From an uncultured Gemmatimonadales bacterium (GTDB taxonomy: Bacteria; Gemmatimonadota; Gemmatimonadetes; Longimicrobiales; RSA9), in contig CAVUKA010000001.1 of the NCBI GenBank assembly GCA_963741945.1, forward strand, positions 736,001-800,000: a stretch of DNA of 64,000 nt, given 5' to 3'. Under the pieces are notes generated by a model. It was given only the letters and a program-made list of their open reading frames with translations. It ran no database searches and was not told where the DNA came from. Every line of letters starts with the position of its first letter. Position 1 is the stretch's first letter. The position numbers and the translations under genes are program-made. Positions 63,038-64,000 of the stretch are shown piece after piece.

Positions 63038-64000
63038 ATGTCTGCCGCAATGCGCCGTTTCTGCCCCGTATGCCTTTCGCTCCCCATCCTGCTGGCCATT
63101 CTCCCGGTCCCTCCGGTGGCCGCGCAGGGGTTGAAGCTCACCGCGGGTGATGTGGGACTCGGCATCGGCCCGGTCCCCCGCGTCGACGGTCTTCGCCTGA
63201 ACTTCCGCGACGACTACCGCTTCGAGCAGGTCCGGGGCATCAACGCCACGATCTGGGCTCCCCGCGAAGACGTCACCGGCAGGGTCCAGGGGCTTGCGCT
63301 CGGGCTCCCGCTGACGGGTGCCGGGGAGATCGAGGGCGTCGCGCTGGGGGCCGGCGTGGCCGCCTTCGAAGCGTTTCATGGCCTGGCGCTCGCGATGATT
63401 GGAATGGGAGCAGGGGAGGAGATCCAGGGCGTGGTGCTGAGCGGGATCGGCGCCGGCACCGGTGGCAGCGCGAAAGGGATCCTGGCCGCGGGCGCGGGTG
63501 TGGGTGCGGGCGGGGACGTGACCGGGATTCTGGTGGGCGGCATCGGCGCGGGCACCGGGGGTGCGCTCCAGGGGATCGCCGTGGGCGGCGTGGGCGTGGG
63601 CGCAGGCGAAAGCGTTACCGGTCTGTTGGTGGGTGGCGTGGGCGCGGGTACCGGCGGAAATCTGGACGGTATCGGCCTGGGCGGCGTCGGCGTGGGCGCG
63701 GGCGGAAACGTGCAGGGTATCCTCGCGGGCGGCATTGGCGCCGGTGCGGGGGGCGACGTGCGAGGGCTGGCCGCGGGCGGGATCGGGGTCGGCGCGGGCG
63801 GAGACCTGACCGGGCTGGCGCTGGGCGGGGCGGGCGTGGGGGCGGGCGGATCGCTTCGCGGCATCGCGTTTTCGCTCGGCGGCATTGGCGCGGGAGGCGA
63901 CCTGGTCGGCCTTTCGGTGGCGGGTCTCGGCGTGGGTGCCGGGGGTGAGCTGCGCGGCCTGGCGGTGGCCGGGCTGGCCGTGGGCGCGCCGGAAATCACG
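63038..64000 (+). CDS. secreted glycine-rich 16-aa repeat protein (partial, runs off window end)
   Basis: Manual translation: signal peptide, VDGLRLNFRD, then repeats such as GGDVTGILVGGIGAGT; not in the ORF track. Confidence 0.8.
   Translation, partial: MSAAMRRFCPVCLSLPILLAILPVPPVAAQGLKLTAGDVGLGIGPVPRVDGLRLNFRDDYRFEQVRGINATIWAPREDVTGRVQGLALGLPLTGAGEIEGVALGAGVAAFEAFHGLALAMIGMGAGEEIQGVVLSGIGAGTGGSAKGILAAGAGVGAGGDVTGILVGGIGAGTGGALQGIAVGGVGVGAGESVTGLLVGGVGAGTGGNLDGIGLGGVGVGAGGNVQGILAGGIGAGAGGDVRGLAAGGIGVGAGGDLTGLALGGAGVGAGGSLRGIAFSLGGIGAGGDLVGLSVAGLGVGAGGELRGLAVAGLAVGAPEIT

Noticed and set aside
63376-63999. Proline-rich minus-strand ORF
   Set aside because: Antisense shadow of the glycine-rich plus-strand gene

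Overview
High-GC bacterial chromosomal window. The gene content (BTAD/SARP-TM-TPR regulator, many lipoproteins, CSLREA surface protein) suggests Gemmatimonadota; this is an inference. It holds about 60 CDS, including a housekeeping block (cysS, pyrF, pyrD, smpB, pgi, pyk, rnd, rsmD, prfC) and tRNA-Thr(TGT). Highlights: (1) an intact IS1595/ISPna2-like transposase ORF whose catalytic residues appear replaced, flanked by doubled inverted copies of a 25-bp motif. The motif occurs nine times in the window, in tandem pairs with 33-38 nt spacers, as a solo intergenic copy, and in-frame inside two genes. (2) A giant repeat-built surface lipoprotein preceded by 11-bp-phased SARP-type direct repeats and followed by a membrane-spanning SARP regulator. 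(3) A single-chain HicA-HicB fusion lacking the toxin's catalytic His. (4) A HUH/RAYT-like transposase bracketed by 26-bp inverted repeats. (5) A TonB-receptor / membrane protein / dioxygenase / TiaS-like operon. Three single-base frameshifts probably reflect sequencing indels. All family calls come from motif recognition by eye; no searches were run.
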